Origin: Squalus acanthias | Lineage: Eukaryota | Assembly: GCA_030390025.1 (NCBI GenBank) | Contig: JASTWF010000330.1 | Location: forward strand, 186,001 to 250,000 | DNA length: 64,000 bases | Direction: 5' to 3' | Shown: one piece after another, positions 14,901-27,282 of the stretch | Layout: each line of letters opens with the position of its first letter | How positions within the stretch are numbered: the stretch's first letter is position 1 | Translations under genes and position numbers: made by a program | Notes under the pieces: model-generated | What the model saw: only the letters and a program-made list of their open reading frames with translations | What the model was told of the DNA's origin: nothing | Databases searched by the model: none

Positions 14901-17900
14901 TCCCACTCCCCTCAGTCTCCTCATCCCACTCCCCTCAGTCTCCTCATCCCTCCCCCCTCAGTCTCCTCATCCCTCCCCCCTCAGTCTCCTCATCCCTCCC
15001 CCCTCAGTCTCCTCATCCCTCCCCCCTCAGTCTCCTCATCCCACTCCCCTCAGTCTCCTCATCCCTCTCCTCTCAGTCTCCTCATCCCACTCCCCACAGT
15101 CTCCTCAACCCACTCCCAACAGTCTCCTCATCCCACTCCCCTCAGTCTCCTCATCCCACTCCACTCATTCCCCTCATCCCACTCCCATGTCTCCTCATCC
15201 CACTCCATGAAGTCCCCTCATCCCACTCCCCTCAGTCTCCTCATCCCACTCCACTCAGTCCCTCACCCCACTCCCCGCAGCTCCTCAACCCACTCCCCTC
15301 AGTCTCCTCATCCCACTCCCCTCAGTCTCCTCATCCCACTCCACGCATTCTCCTCATCCCACTCCCCAGGCTCCTCATCCCACTCCCCAGTCTCCTCATC
15401 CCACTCCCCTCAGTCTCCTCATCCCACACCCTCAGTCTCCTCATCCCACTCCCCTCAGTCTCCTCATCCCATTCCCTCAGTCTCCTCATCCCACTCCCTC
15501 AGTCTCCTCATCCCACTCCCCTCAGTCTCCTCATCCCACTCCCTCAGTCTCCTCATCCCACTCCCCTCAGTCTCCTCATCCCACTCCCCTCAGTCTCCTC
15601 ATCCCACTCCCCTCAGTCTCCTCATCCCACTCCCCTCAGTCTCCTCATCCCACTCCCTCAGTCTCCTCATCCCACTCCCCTCAGTCTCCTCATCCCACTC
15701 CCTCAGTCTCCTCATCCCACTCCCTCAGTCTCCTCATCCCACTCCCCTCAGTCTCCTCATCCCACTCCCCTCAGTCTCCTCATCCCACTCCCCTCAGTCT
15801 CCTCATCCCACTCCCCTCAGTCTCCTCATCCCACTCCCCTCAGTCTCCTCATCCCACTCCCCTCAGTCTCCTCATCCCACTCCCCTCAGTCTCCTCATCC
15901 CTCTCCCCTCAGTCTCCTCATCCCTCCCCCTCAGTCTCCTCATCCCACTCCCCTCAGTCTCCTCATCCCACTCCCCTCAGTCTCCTCATCCACTCCCCTC
16001 GGTGTCCTCATCTCTCTCCCCTCAGTCTCCTCATCCCACTCTCCTCAGTCTCCTCATCCCACTCCCACAGTCTCCTCATCCCACTCCCCACAGTCCCCTC
16101 ATCCCACTCCCCTCAGTCTCCTCATCCCACTCCCCACAGTCTCCTCATCCCACTCCCAACTGTCTCCTCATCCCACTCACCACAGTCTCATCATCCCACT
16201 CTCCTCAGTCTCCTCATCCCACTCCCAACAGTCTCCTCATCCCACTCACCACAGTCTCCTCATCCCACTCCCAACTGTCTCCTCATCCTACTACCCATAG
16301 TCTCCTCATCCCACTCCCCTCAGTCTCCTCATCACACTCCCCTCAGTCTTCTCATCCCACTCCCCTCAGTCTCCTCATCCCACTCCCCTCAGTCTCCTCA
16401 TTCCACTCCCCTCAGTCTCCTCATCCCTCCTCCCTCAGTCTCCTCATCCCTCCCCCCTCAGTCTCCTCTTCCCACTCCCCTCAGTCTCCTCATCCCACTC
16501 CCCACAGTCTCCTCAACCCACTCCCAACAGTCTCCTCATCCCACTCCCCTCAGTCTCCTCATCCCACTCCCCAATCTCCTCATCCCGCTCCCCAGTCTCC
16601 TCATCCCACTCCACAAAGTCCCCTCACCCCACTCCCCTCAGCTCCTCATCCCACTCCCCTCAGTCTCCCCATCCCACACCTCACAGGCTCCTCATCCCAC
16701 TTCCACAGTCTCCTCATCCCACTTCCCTCAGTCTCCTCTTCCCACTCCCCTCAGTCTCCTCAAATCTACTCACGTCAGTCTCCGATCCATCTCCCCTCAG
16801 TCTCCTCATCACACTCTCCTCAGTCTCCTCATCCCACTCCCCTCAGTCTCCTCATCCCACTCCCCACAGTCTCCTCATCCCACTCCCCTCAGTCTTCTCA
16901 TCCCACTCCCTCAGTCTCCTCATCCCACTCCCCTCAGTCTCCTCATTCCACTCCCCTCAGTCTCCTCATTCCACTCCCCTCAGTCACCTCATCCCTCCCC
17001 CCTCAGTCTCCTCATCCCTCCCCTCTCAGTCTCCTCTTCCCACTCCCCTCAGTCTCCTCATCCCACTCCCCACAGTCTCGTCATCCCACTCCCCTCGGTG
17101 TCCTCATCCCTCTCCTCTCAGTCTCCTCATCCCACTCCCCACAGTCTCCTCAACCCACTCCCAACAGTCTCCTCATTCCACTCCCCTCAGTCTCCTCATC
17201 CCACTCCACTCATTCTCCTCATCCCACTCCCCAGTCTCCTCATCCCACTCCCCAGTCTCCTCATCCCACTCCCCAGTCTCCTCATCCCACTCCACAAAGT
17301 CCCCTCACCCCACTCAACACAGTCTCCTCATCCCACTCCCAACTGTCTCCTCATCCCACTCACCACAGTCTCATCATCCCACTCTCCTCAGTCTCCTCAT
17401 CCACTCCCCACAGTCTCCTCATCCCTCACCCTCAGTCTCCTCATCCCACTCCCCTCAGTCTCCTCATCCCACTCCCTTCAGTCTCCTCATCCACTCCCCT
17501 CAGTCTCCTCATCCCACTCCCCTCAGTCTCCTCATCCCACTCCCCTCAGTCTCCTCATCCCACTCCCCTCAGTCTCCTTCATCCCCTCCCCTCAGTCTCC
17601 TCATCCCACTCCCCTCAGTCTCCTCATCCACTACCCTCATCTCCGCATCCCACACCATCAGTCTCCTCATCCACTCCCTCAGTCTCCTCTTCCACTCCCC
17701 TCAGTCTCCTCATCCCACTCCCCTCAGTCTCCTCATCCCACTCCCCTCATTCTCCTCATCCACTCCCTCAGTCTCTCATCCCACTCCCCTCAGTCTCCAC
17801 ATCCCACTCCCCTCAGTCTCCTCATCCCACTCCCCTCAGTCTCCTCATCCCACTCCCCTCAGTCTCCTCATCCCAACTCCCCTCAGTCTCCTCATCCCAA

Positions 17901-18381
17901 TCCCCCTCAGTCTCCTCATCCCACTCCCCTCAGTCTCCTCATCCCACTCCCCTCAGTCTCCTCATCCCACTCCCTCAGTCTCCTCATCCCACTCCCCTCA
18001 GTCTCATCATCCCACTCCCTCAGTCCCTCACCCACTCCCACCATCTCCTCATCCCACTCCCCTCAGTGTCCTCATCCCTCCCTCTCAGACTCCTCACCCC
18101 ACTCCCCTCAGTCTCCTCATCCCACTCCTCAGTCTCCTCATCCCACTCCTCACAGTCGCCTCATCCCACTCCCAACAGTCTCCCTCATCCCACTCCTCAC
18201 AGTCTCCTCATCCACTCCCCTCAGTCTCCTCATCCACTCTCCTCACTCTCTCATCCCCATCCCCTCCCTCATCTCTCATCCCACTCCCCAGTCTCCCTCA
18301 TCCCACTCCCCTCAGTCTCTCTCCTCACCTCCCTCAGTCTCCTCATCCCACTACCCTCAGTCTCCTCATCCCACCTCCTCA

Positions 18382-18735
18382 NNNNNNNNNNNNNNNNNNN
18401 NNNNNNNNNNNNNNNNNNNNNNNNNNNNNNNNNNNNNNNNNNNNNNNNNNNNNNNNNNNNNNNNNNNNNNNNNNNNNNNNNNNNNNNNNNNNNNNNNNNN
18501 NNNNNNNNNNNNNNNNNNNNNNNNNNNNNNNNNNNNNNNNNNNNNNNNNNNNNNNNNNNNNNNNNNNNNNNNNNNNNNNNNNNNNNNNNNNNNNNNNNNN
18601 NNNNNNNNNNNNNNNNNNNNNNNNNNNNNNNNNNNNNNNNNNNNNNNNNNNNNNNNNNNNNNNNNNNNNNNNNNNNNNNNNNNNNNNNNNNNNNNNNNNN
18701 NNNNNNNNNNNNNNNNNNNNNNNNNNNNNNNNNNN
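18382..18735. other. Assembly gap (354 N)
   Basis: Run of n characters. Confidence 0.99.
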
Positions 18736-21700
18736 GTCCACATCCCACTCCACTCAGTCTCCTCATCCCACTCCCCTCTCTCCCCTCATCCCACTCCACT
18801 CAGTCTCCTCATTCCACTCCCCTCATTCTCATCTCACTCCCCACCTTCTCCGCATACCACTCCACACAATCTCCTCATCCCACTCCCCTCTGTCCCCTCA
18901 TGCCACTCCCCTCTGTCTCCACATCCCACTCCCCAAAGTCTCTTCATCCCACTCCCCTCTGTCTCCTCATCCCACTGCCCACAGTCTCCTCATCCCACTC
19001 CACAATGTCTCCTCATCCCACTCCCCACAATCTCCTCATTCAACTCGACACAGTCTGCTCATCCCAGTCCCCTCAGTCCCCTCATCCCGCTCCCCACAGT
19101 CTCCTCATCCCACCCCCTTCCATTCCTCATCCCACTCCCCACAGTCTCCTCATCCCACTCCACAAAGTCTCCTCATTCCACTCCCCTCAGTCTCCTCATT
19201 CCACTCCCCGCAGTCTCCTCATCCCACTCCCCGCAGTCTCCTCATCCCACTCCCCTCAGTCTCCTCATCCCACTCCCCTCACTCTCCTCATCCCACACCC
19301 CTCAGTCTCCTCATCCCACTCCTCTCAATCTCCACATCCCACTCCCCTCAGTCTCCTCGTCCCACTCTCCTCAGTCTCCTCATCCCACTCTCCTCAGTCT
19401 CCTCATCCCACTCCCACCCTCATTCTCCTCATCCACATCCCACAGTCTCCACATCCCACTCCCCTCAGTTCCTCATCCACTCCCTCAGTCTCCTCCATCC
19501 CAACACGACTCAGTCTCCACATCCCACTCCCCTCATTTTCCTCATCCCACTCCCCTCAGTCTCACTCATCCCACTCCAGTGTCCATCTCCCACTCCCCGA
19601 TCTCCTACCCACTCCCATAGTCTCATCATCCCACGCCACAGTCACTCCTCCACTCCTCTCCCCTCAGTCCCTCATCACACTCCCCTCAGTCTCCTCATCC
19701 ACATCCCTCAGGTCCCTCATCCACTCCCCTCAGTCTCCCATCCCACTCCCCTCAGTCTCCTCATTCCACTCCCCTCATCTCCTCATCCCACTCCCCACCT
19801 TCTCCGCATACCACTCCCCACAATCTCCACATCCCACTCCCCTCAGACTCCTCATCCCACTCCCCTCAGTCTCCACATCCCACTCCCCTCAGTCTCCTCA
19901 TCACACTCCCCACAGTCTCCTCATCCCACTCCACAAAGTCTCTTCATCCCACTCCCCTCTGTCCCCTCATCCCACTCCACTCAGTCTCCTCATTTCAATA
20001 TCCTCATTCTCCTCATCCCACTCCCCACCTTCTCTGCATACCAATCCCCACAATCTCCTCATCCCACTCCCCTCTGTCTCCTCATCCCAGTCCCGTCAGT
20101 CTCCTCATCCCACTCCCCACAGTCTCCTCATCCCACTCCACAAAGTCTCCTCATCCCACTCCCCACAATCTCCTCATTCAACTCCACTCAGTCTCCTCAT
20201 CCCAGTCCCCTCAGTCCTCTCATCCCGCTCCCCATAGTCTCCTCATCCCACTCCCTTCCATTCCTCATCCTACTCCCCTCAGTCTCCTCATCCCACTCCA
20301 CAAAGTCTATCATTCCACTCCCCTCAGTCTCCTCATCCCACTCCTCTCAGTCTGCTCATCCCACTCCACTCATTCTCCTCATCCCACTCCTCTCAGTCTC
20401 CTCATCCCACTCCTCCTCAGTCTCCTCATCCCACTCCCCTCAGTCTCCTCATCCCACTCCCCTCAGTCTCCACATCCCACAGCCCTCAGTCTCCTCATTC
20501 CACTCCCCTCAGTCTCCACATCCCACTCCCCTCAGTCTCCTCATCCCACTCCCTCAGTCTCCTCATCCCACTCCCCTCAGTCTCCTCATTCCACTCCCTC
20601 AGTCTCCTCATCCCACTCCTCTCAGTCTCCTCATCCCACGCCCACAGTCTCCTCATCCCACTCCCTCAGTCTCCTCATCCCACTCCCCGCAGTCTCCTCA
20701 TCCCACTCCCTCAGTCTCCTCATCCCACTCCCCTCAGTCTCCTCATCCCACTCCCCTCAGTCTCCTCATCTCCACTCCCCGCAGTCTCCTCATCCACTCC
20801 CCTCAGTCTCCTCATCCCACTCCCCTCAGTCTCCTCATCCCACTCCCCTCAGTCTCCTCGTCCCACTCTCCTCAGTCTCCTCATCCCACTCCCCTCACTC
20901 TCCTCATCCGTCTCCACTCAGTCTCCGCATCCCACTCCCCTCTGTCCCCTCATCCCACTCCCCTCAGTCTCCTCATTTCAATCTCCTCATTCTCCTCATC
21001 CCACTCCCCACCTTCTCCGCATACCAATCCCCACAATCTCCTCATCCCACTCCCCTCTGTCCCCTCATCCCACTCCCCTCTGTCTCCACATCCCACTCCC
21101 CTCAGTCTCTCCATCCCACTCCCCTCTGTCTCCTCATCCCAGTCCCCTCAGTCTCCACATCCCACTCCCCACAGTCTCCTCATCCCACTCCACAAAGTCT
21201 CCTCATCGCACTCCCCACAATCTCCTCATTCAACTCCACTCAGTCTCCTCATCCCAGTCCCCTCAGTCCCCTCATCCCGCTCCCCATAGTCTCCTCATCC
21301 CACTCCCTTCCATTCCTCATCCCACTCCCCTCAGTCTCCTCATCCCACTCCACAAAGTCTATCATTCCACTCCCCTCAGTCTCCTCATCCCACTCCTCTC
21401 AGTCTGCTCATCCCACTCCACAAATTCTCCTCATCCCACTCCTCTCAGTCTCCACATCCCACTCCTCTCAGTCAGCACATCCCACTCCCCTCAGTCTCCT
21501 CATCCCACTCCCCTCAGTCTCCTCATCCCACACGCCTCAGTCTCCTCATCCCACTCCACAAATTCTCCTCATTCCACTCCCCTCAGTCTCCACATCCCAC
21601 TCCCCTCAGTCTCCTCATCCCACACACCTCAGTCTCCTCATCCCACACACCTCAGTCTCCTCATCCCACTCCCCTCAGTCTCCTCATTCCACTCCCCTCA

Positions 21701-22842
21701 GTCTCCTCATCCCACTCCTCTCAGTCTCCTCATCCCACTCCACAAATTCTCCTCATCCCACTCCTCTCAGTCTCCACATCCCACTCCTCTCAGTCTCCAC
21801 ATCCCACTGCTCTCAGTCTCCACATCCCACTCCCCTCAGTCTCCTCATCCCACTCCACAAATTCTCCTCATCCCACTCCTCTCAGTCTCCACATCCCACT
21901 CCCCTCAGTCTCCACATCCCACTCCTCTCAGTCTCCTCATGCCACTCCCCGCAGTCTCCTCATCCCACTCCCCGCAGTCTCCTCATCCCACTCCCCTTAG
22001 TCTCCTCATCCCACTCGCCTCACTCTCCTCATCCCACACCCCTCAGTCTCCTCATCCCACTCCTCTCAATCTCCACATCCCACTCCCCTCAGTCTCCTCG
22101 TCCCACTCTCCTCAGTCTCCTGATCCCACTACCCTCAGACCCCTCATCCCACTCCCCTCACTCTCCTCATCCATCTCCACTCAGTCTCCTCATCACACTC
22201 CCCTAAGTCTCCTCTTCCCACTCCCCTCACTCTATTCATCCGTCTCCACTCAGTCTCCTCATCCCACTCCCCTCATTATTCCTCATCCCTCTCCCCTCAG
22301 TCTCATACCGATGCCCTTATTAACTGCAGGACATTCCTGTCAAACACTCCAACCCACTCCAATGAGTCACTAAATTCAACGACACTCAGTCACTGCATCC
22401 CAATCTCCTCAAACATTTCCCTGAAACACGACAAACACACCCCTCAGCAACTTCATTCCAATCCCATCAGGCCCTGCAGCCCAATCACCAGGTTCACAGC
22501 ATCCCACTTCCATCAGTCTCCTCATCCCACTCCCCTCAGTCCCCTCATCCCACACACCTCAGTCTCCTCATCCCTCTCCCCTCAGTCCCCTCATCCCACT
22601 TCCCTCACCCCCTCATCCCACTCCCCTCAGTCGCCTCATCCCACTCCCCTCAGTCTCCTCATCCAACTCCCCTCAGTCTCCTCATCAAACTCCCCTCAGT
22701 CTCCTCATCAAACTCCCCTCAGTCTTCTCATCTCGCTCCCCTCAGTCACTATACCCACTCACTCAGTAAGAGACTAGTTGAGCTTTTCAGGAGTCACAGT
22801 GGGTGAAAAGACTGTACACAACGGACAGAACAAGACAGATAC

Positions 22843-22938
22843 CTGAGTCTGCAGACTCCAGTGGGATAGTGGATGAACGGTCAGTGGATTCTCGAGTCAA
22901 CTGTTCCTTGGGTTCCTGTGTTTTGGATGCGTCCGAAT
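22843..22938 (-). CDS. Putative exon, type A, 96 nt: DSDASKTQEPKEQLTRESTDRSSTIPLESADS
   Basis: Acceptor ctctcttcctttattacag, donor CAG|GTATCT; phase-0 frame has TGA, phase-1 open. Confidence 0.7.
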
Positions 22939-23788
22939 CTGTAATAAAGGAAGAGAGACATGGGAGAACAGAGTGGAGAAAACCAGAGCAGGTCATCAGG
23001 CTGGTACGGGAGCCAATCACAATCCCACTCACTCACAGCGTCCGATTCCCCTCAGGCACCACGTCCCACTCCCCTCAGGAACTGCGTCCCACTCCCGTCA
23101 GGAACTGCGTCCCGCTCCCCTCAGGCACCACGTCCCACTCACGTCAGAAACCGCGTCTCACTCCCCTCAGGAACTGCGTCCCACTCCCGTCAGCAACTGC
23201 GTCCCGCTCCCCTCAGGCACCACGTCCCACTCCCCTCAGGAACCACGTCTCACTCCCCTCAGGAACTGCGTCCCACTCCCCTCAGGAACTGCGTCCCACT
23301 TCCCTCAGGCACCACGTCCCACTCCCCTCAGGAACCGCGTCTCACTCCCCTCAGGAACTGCGTCCCACTCCCGTCAGGAACTGCGTCTCACTCCCCTCAG
23401 GAACTGCATCCACTCCCCTCAGGAACGGCGTCCCTCTCCCCTCAGGAACTGCTTCCCACTACCCTCAGGAACCGCGTCCCACTACCCACAGTCGCCTGTT
23501 CCCACTCCCCTCAGTCTCCTCATCCCATTCAGCTCAGTCTCGTCATCACACTGCCCTCAGTCAACTCATCCCTCTCCCTTCATTCTCCTCATCCCACGAC
23601 CCTGAGTGTCCTCATTCCACTCTCCTTTAATGTCCTCATCCAACTCCCCTCAATCTCCACATCCCAGTCTATTCCTTCACTATGACCCCTTCTGTCTGTA
23701 AGATACTGGATGAATCTCCTTGTCTTGGCTTTTCAGGAGTCACATTGGGTGAACAGTCTGCAAAGCATGGACCCCACAAGGCAGATAC

Positions 23789-23884
23789 CTGGGCCTGCTG
23801 ACCCTGCTGGGACTGTGGATGAAGGATCAGCAGATTCTTCAGTTGATTGTTCCTCGGGTTCCTGAGTTTTGGACGACTCTGCAT
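23789..23884 (-). CDS. Putative exon, type B1, 96 nt: DAESSKTQEPEEQSTEESADPSSTVPAGSAGP
   Basis: Acceptor ctctcttccttcattaaag, donor CAG|GTATCT, phase 1-1. Confidence 0.68.
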
Positions 23885-24955
23885 CTTTAATGAAGGAAGA
23901 GAGTCATAGGTGAGTGCAGATTGGGGATTACCCAAACAGGTCATCAGGCTGGTATTAGAGGTCGGAGGATGTCAGACACCAATCTTTATATAAACCATAA
24001 TCATCCAATTGCACTCCTTTCAGTAACTGAATCCCACGATCCATAGTCAAAGCATCCCATTCCCCTCAGTTTTTGCAACCCATTCCCCTCAGTCACTGCA
24101 TACCGATGCCCTTATTCACTGCAGGACATTCCTGTCAAACACTCCAACCCACTCCAATCAGTCACTAACTTCAACTACGCTCAGTCACTGCATCCCACAC
24201 CACACCACTTAGTCACTGCATCCCACTGCCTTCAATCGTTATATCCCACTCCCCTCAGCCATTACGTCCCACACCACTCAGGCACTGCATACCACTCACC
24301 TAAGTCTATACATCATGCCCTCTTCAATCACTGCATCCCAAACTCCTCAAACATTTCCCTGAAACACTATAAACACACCCCTCAGCAACTTCATTCCAAT
24401 CCCATCAGGCCCTGCAGCCCATTCACCAGGTTCACAGCATCCCTCTTCCCTCAGTCTCCTCATCCCACTCCCCTCAGTCTCTTCATCCCACTCCCATCAG
24501 TCTCCTCATCCCACACACCTCAGTCTCCTCATCCCACTCCCCTCAGTCCCCTCATCCCACTCCCCTCAGTCTCCTCAAACCACTCCCCTTAGTCTCCTCA
24601 TCCCAATCCCCTCAGTCTCCTCATCCCACTACCCACAGTCTCCTCATTCCACTCCCCAGTCTCCACATCCCACTCCGAACAATCTCTTCAACCCACTCCC
24701 CACAGTATCCTCATCCCACGCCCCTTATTCTCCTCATCCCACTATCCACAGTCTCCTCATTCCACTCCCTTCAGTCTCCTCATCCCACTCCCCTCGGTGT
24801 CCTCATCCCACTCCCCTCACTCTCCTCATCCCAGTCTATTCCTTCACTAAGACCCCTTCTCTCTGTAAGAGACTGGATGAATCTCCTTGTCTTGGCTTTT
24901 CAGGAGACACATTGGGTGAACAGTCTGCAAATCACAGACCCCACAATGCAGATAC

Positions 24956-25051
24956 CTGGGCCTGCAGACCCTGCTGGGGCTGTGGATGAAGGATCAACAG
25001 ATTCTTGAGTTGATTGTTCCTCGGGTTCCTGAGTTTTGGATGTCTCTGCAT
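24956..25051 (-). CDS. Putative exon, type B2, 96 nt: DAETSKTQEPEEQSTQESVDPSSTAPAGSAGP
   Basis: Acceptor ...cattaaag, donor CAG|GTATCT, phase 1-1. Confidence 0.68.
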
Positions 25052-25632
25052 CTTTAATGAAGGAAGAGAGTCATAGGTGAGTGCAGATTGGGGATTACCC
25101 AAACAGGTAATCAGGCTGGTATTAGAGTACGGAGGATGTCAGACACCAGTCTTTATATAAACCATAATCATCCAATTGCACTCCTTTCAGTAACTGAATC
25201 CCACAATCCATAGTCAAAGCATCCCATTACCCTCAGTCAATGCGTCCCATTCCCCTCAGTCACTGCAGACCGCTGCCCTCATTCACTGCATCACATACCA
25301 GTCAAACACTCCAACCAACTCCAATCAGTCACTAATTTCAACTACAGTCAGACACTGCATACCAATCCCTTCAGTCTCTACATCACACCCACTTCAATCA
25401 CTGCATCCCATTCACCTCAAACATTTCCCTGAAACACTACTAAGACACCCCTCAGCAACTTCATTCCAATCCCCTCAGTCACTGCAAACCACTCCCTTCA
25501 ATCATTAAACCCAATTTGCTGATTCTTCTCATCCCACTCCACTCAGTCTCCTCATCCAAATTCCCTCAGTCCCCTCATCCCACTCCCATCAGTCTCCTCA
25601 TCCAACTTCCCTCAGTCTCCTCATTCCACACA

Positions 25633-27282
25633 CATAAGAAACATAAGAAACATAAGAAATAGGAGCAGGAGTAGGCCAATCGGCCCCTCGAGCCTGCTCC
25701 GCCATTCAATAAGATCATGGCTGATCTGATCCTAACCGCCAATCTACTATCTATCACAGAACCATCTCCTGCATCTAACAGAATTGCACACACGAAATAG
25801 GAGCAGAATCAGGCTACACAGTCCCTGGGCCCGCTCCACTACCCACAGGGCCATGACCGATCCGAACCTAGACTCATGTCCAAATTCCTGCCCGCTCCCC
25901 GTAACCCTTAATGCCCTTTACTTCTAGGAAACTGTCTATTTCTGTTTTAAATTTAATTAATGTTGTAGCTTCTACAGCTTTTTGTGGCAGCATATTCCAT
26001 GGACCTACCACCCTCTGAGTGAAGTAGTTCCTCCTCATCTCAGTTTTGAAAGAGCAGCCCCTTATTCTAAGACTATGTCCCCTAGTTCTCGTCTCACCCG
26101 TCATCGGGAACATCCTCCCCGCATCCACCCGATCCAACCCCTTCACAATCTTATATGTTTCAATAAGATCGCCTCTCATTCTTCTGAACTCCAATGAGTA
26201 GAGTCCCAATCTACCCAACCTCTCCTCATATGACCACCCCCTCATCCCCGGGATTAACCGAGTGAACCTTTTTTGCACTGCCTCGAGAGCAAGGATGTCT
26301 TTCCTTAAGTAAGGACACCAAAACTGTATGCAGTATTCCAGGTGCGGTCTCACCAATACCTTGTACAACTGAAGCAATACCTCCCTATTTTTATATTCTA
26401 TCCCCCTAGCAATGAAAGCCAACATTCCATTTGCCTTCTTAATCACTTGCTGCACCTGCATACTAACCTTTTGAGTTTCGTGCACCAGGACCCCCAGATC
26501 CCTTTGCACTTCAGTACTCTCCAGTTTCTTGCCATTAAGATAATAAATTGCTCTAGGATTTTTCCTGCCAAAGTGCATCACCTCACACTTTCCAGTGTTG
26601 TATTCCATCTGCCAAATCTCTGCCCACTTACTTAGCCTGTCTATGTCCCCTTGCAGGTTTTTTATGTCCTCCTCACTCACTACTTTCCCTCCCATCTTTG
26701 TATCATCTGCAAATTTTGATATGTTACACTTGGTCCCTTCCTCCAAATCGTTAATATAGATTGTGAAGAGTTGGGGACCCAGCACTGACCCCTGTGGAAC
26801 ACCACTAGTTACTGATTGCCAGTCTGAGAATGAACCATTTATCCCAACTCTTTGCTTTCTGTTAGATAGCCAATCCTCTATCCATGCCAGAATATTACCC
26901 CCAATCCCGTGATTTTTTACCTTAAGCAATAATCTTTTGTGTGGCACCTTGTCAAATGCCTTTTGGAAGTCTAAATACACTACGTCCACTGGTTCCCCTT
27001 TATCCACTCTATATGTTACTTCCTCAAAGAACTCCAGCAAATTTGTCAAACATGACTTCCCCTTCATAAAACCATGCTGACTTTGTCCTATTAAATTATG
27101 ATTATCCAAATGTCCTGTTACTGTTTCCTTAATAATGGACTCCAAAATTTTACCTACCACAGATGTTAGGCTAACCGGTCTATAGTTACCAGCCTTCTGT
27201 CTACTGCCCTTTTTAAATAAGGGTGTTACATTAGCAGTTTTCCAGTCTGCCGGGACCTTAGCGGAATCCAGGGACTGTTGGG
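25633..27282 (-). mobile_element. 5'-truncated CR1-clade LINE (HER1-like) with 3' tail and (TTTCTTATG)3 terminal repeat
   Basis: ORF2 motifs DWKTANVTPLFKKG, GNYRPVSLTSVVGK, QHGFMKGKSCLTNL, VVYLDFQKAFDKVPH, SGVPQGSVLGPQLFTIYINDL, KFADDTK and CR1 C-terminal RRMRGDLIETYKI; short tandem-repeat 3' end typical of CR1. Confidence 0.95.
25874..27280 (-). CDS. CR1 ORF2 fragment (reverse transcriptase plus C-terminal domain, no endonuclease domain)
   Basis: The listed 428-aa ORF extends 40 codons upstream (QQSLDSAKVPADWKTANVTPLFKKGSRQKAGNYRPVSLTS) to the truncation point with no stop or frameshift. Confidence 0.9.
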   Translation of the reverse strand, partial: QQSLDSAKVPADWKTANVTPLFKKGSRQKAGNYRPVSLTSVVGKILESIIKETVTGHLDNHNLIGQSQHGFMKGKSCLTNLLEFFEEVTYRVDKGEPVDVVYLDFQKAFDKVPHKRLLLKVKNHGIGGNILAWIEDWLSNRKQRVGINGSFSDWQSVTSGVPQGSVLGPQLFTIYINDLEEGTKCNISKFADDTKMGGKVVSEEDIKNLQGDIDRLSKWAEIWQMEYNTGKCEVMHFGRKNPRAIYYLNGKKLESTEVQRDLGVLVHETQKVSMQVQQVIKKANGMLAFIARGIEYKNREVLLQLYKVLVRPHLEYCIQFWCPYLRKDILALEAVQKRFTRLIPGMRGWSYEERLGRLGLYSLEFRRMRGDLIETYKIVKGLDRVDAGRMFPMTGETRTRGHSLRIRGCSFKTEMRRNYFTQRVVGPWNMLPQKAVEATTLIKFKTEIDSFLEVKGIKGYGERAGIWT

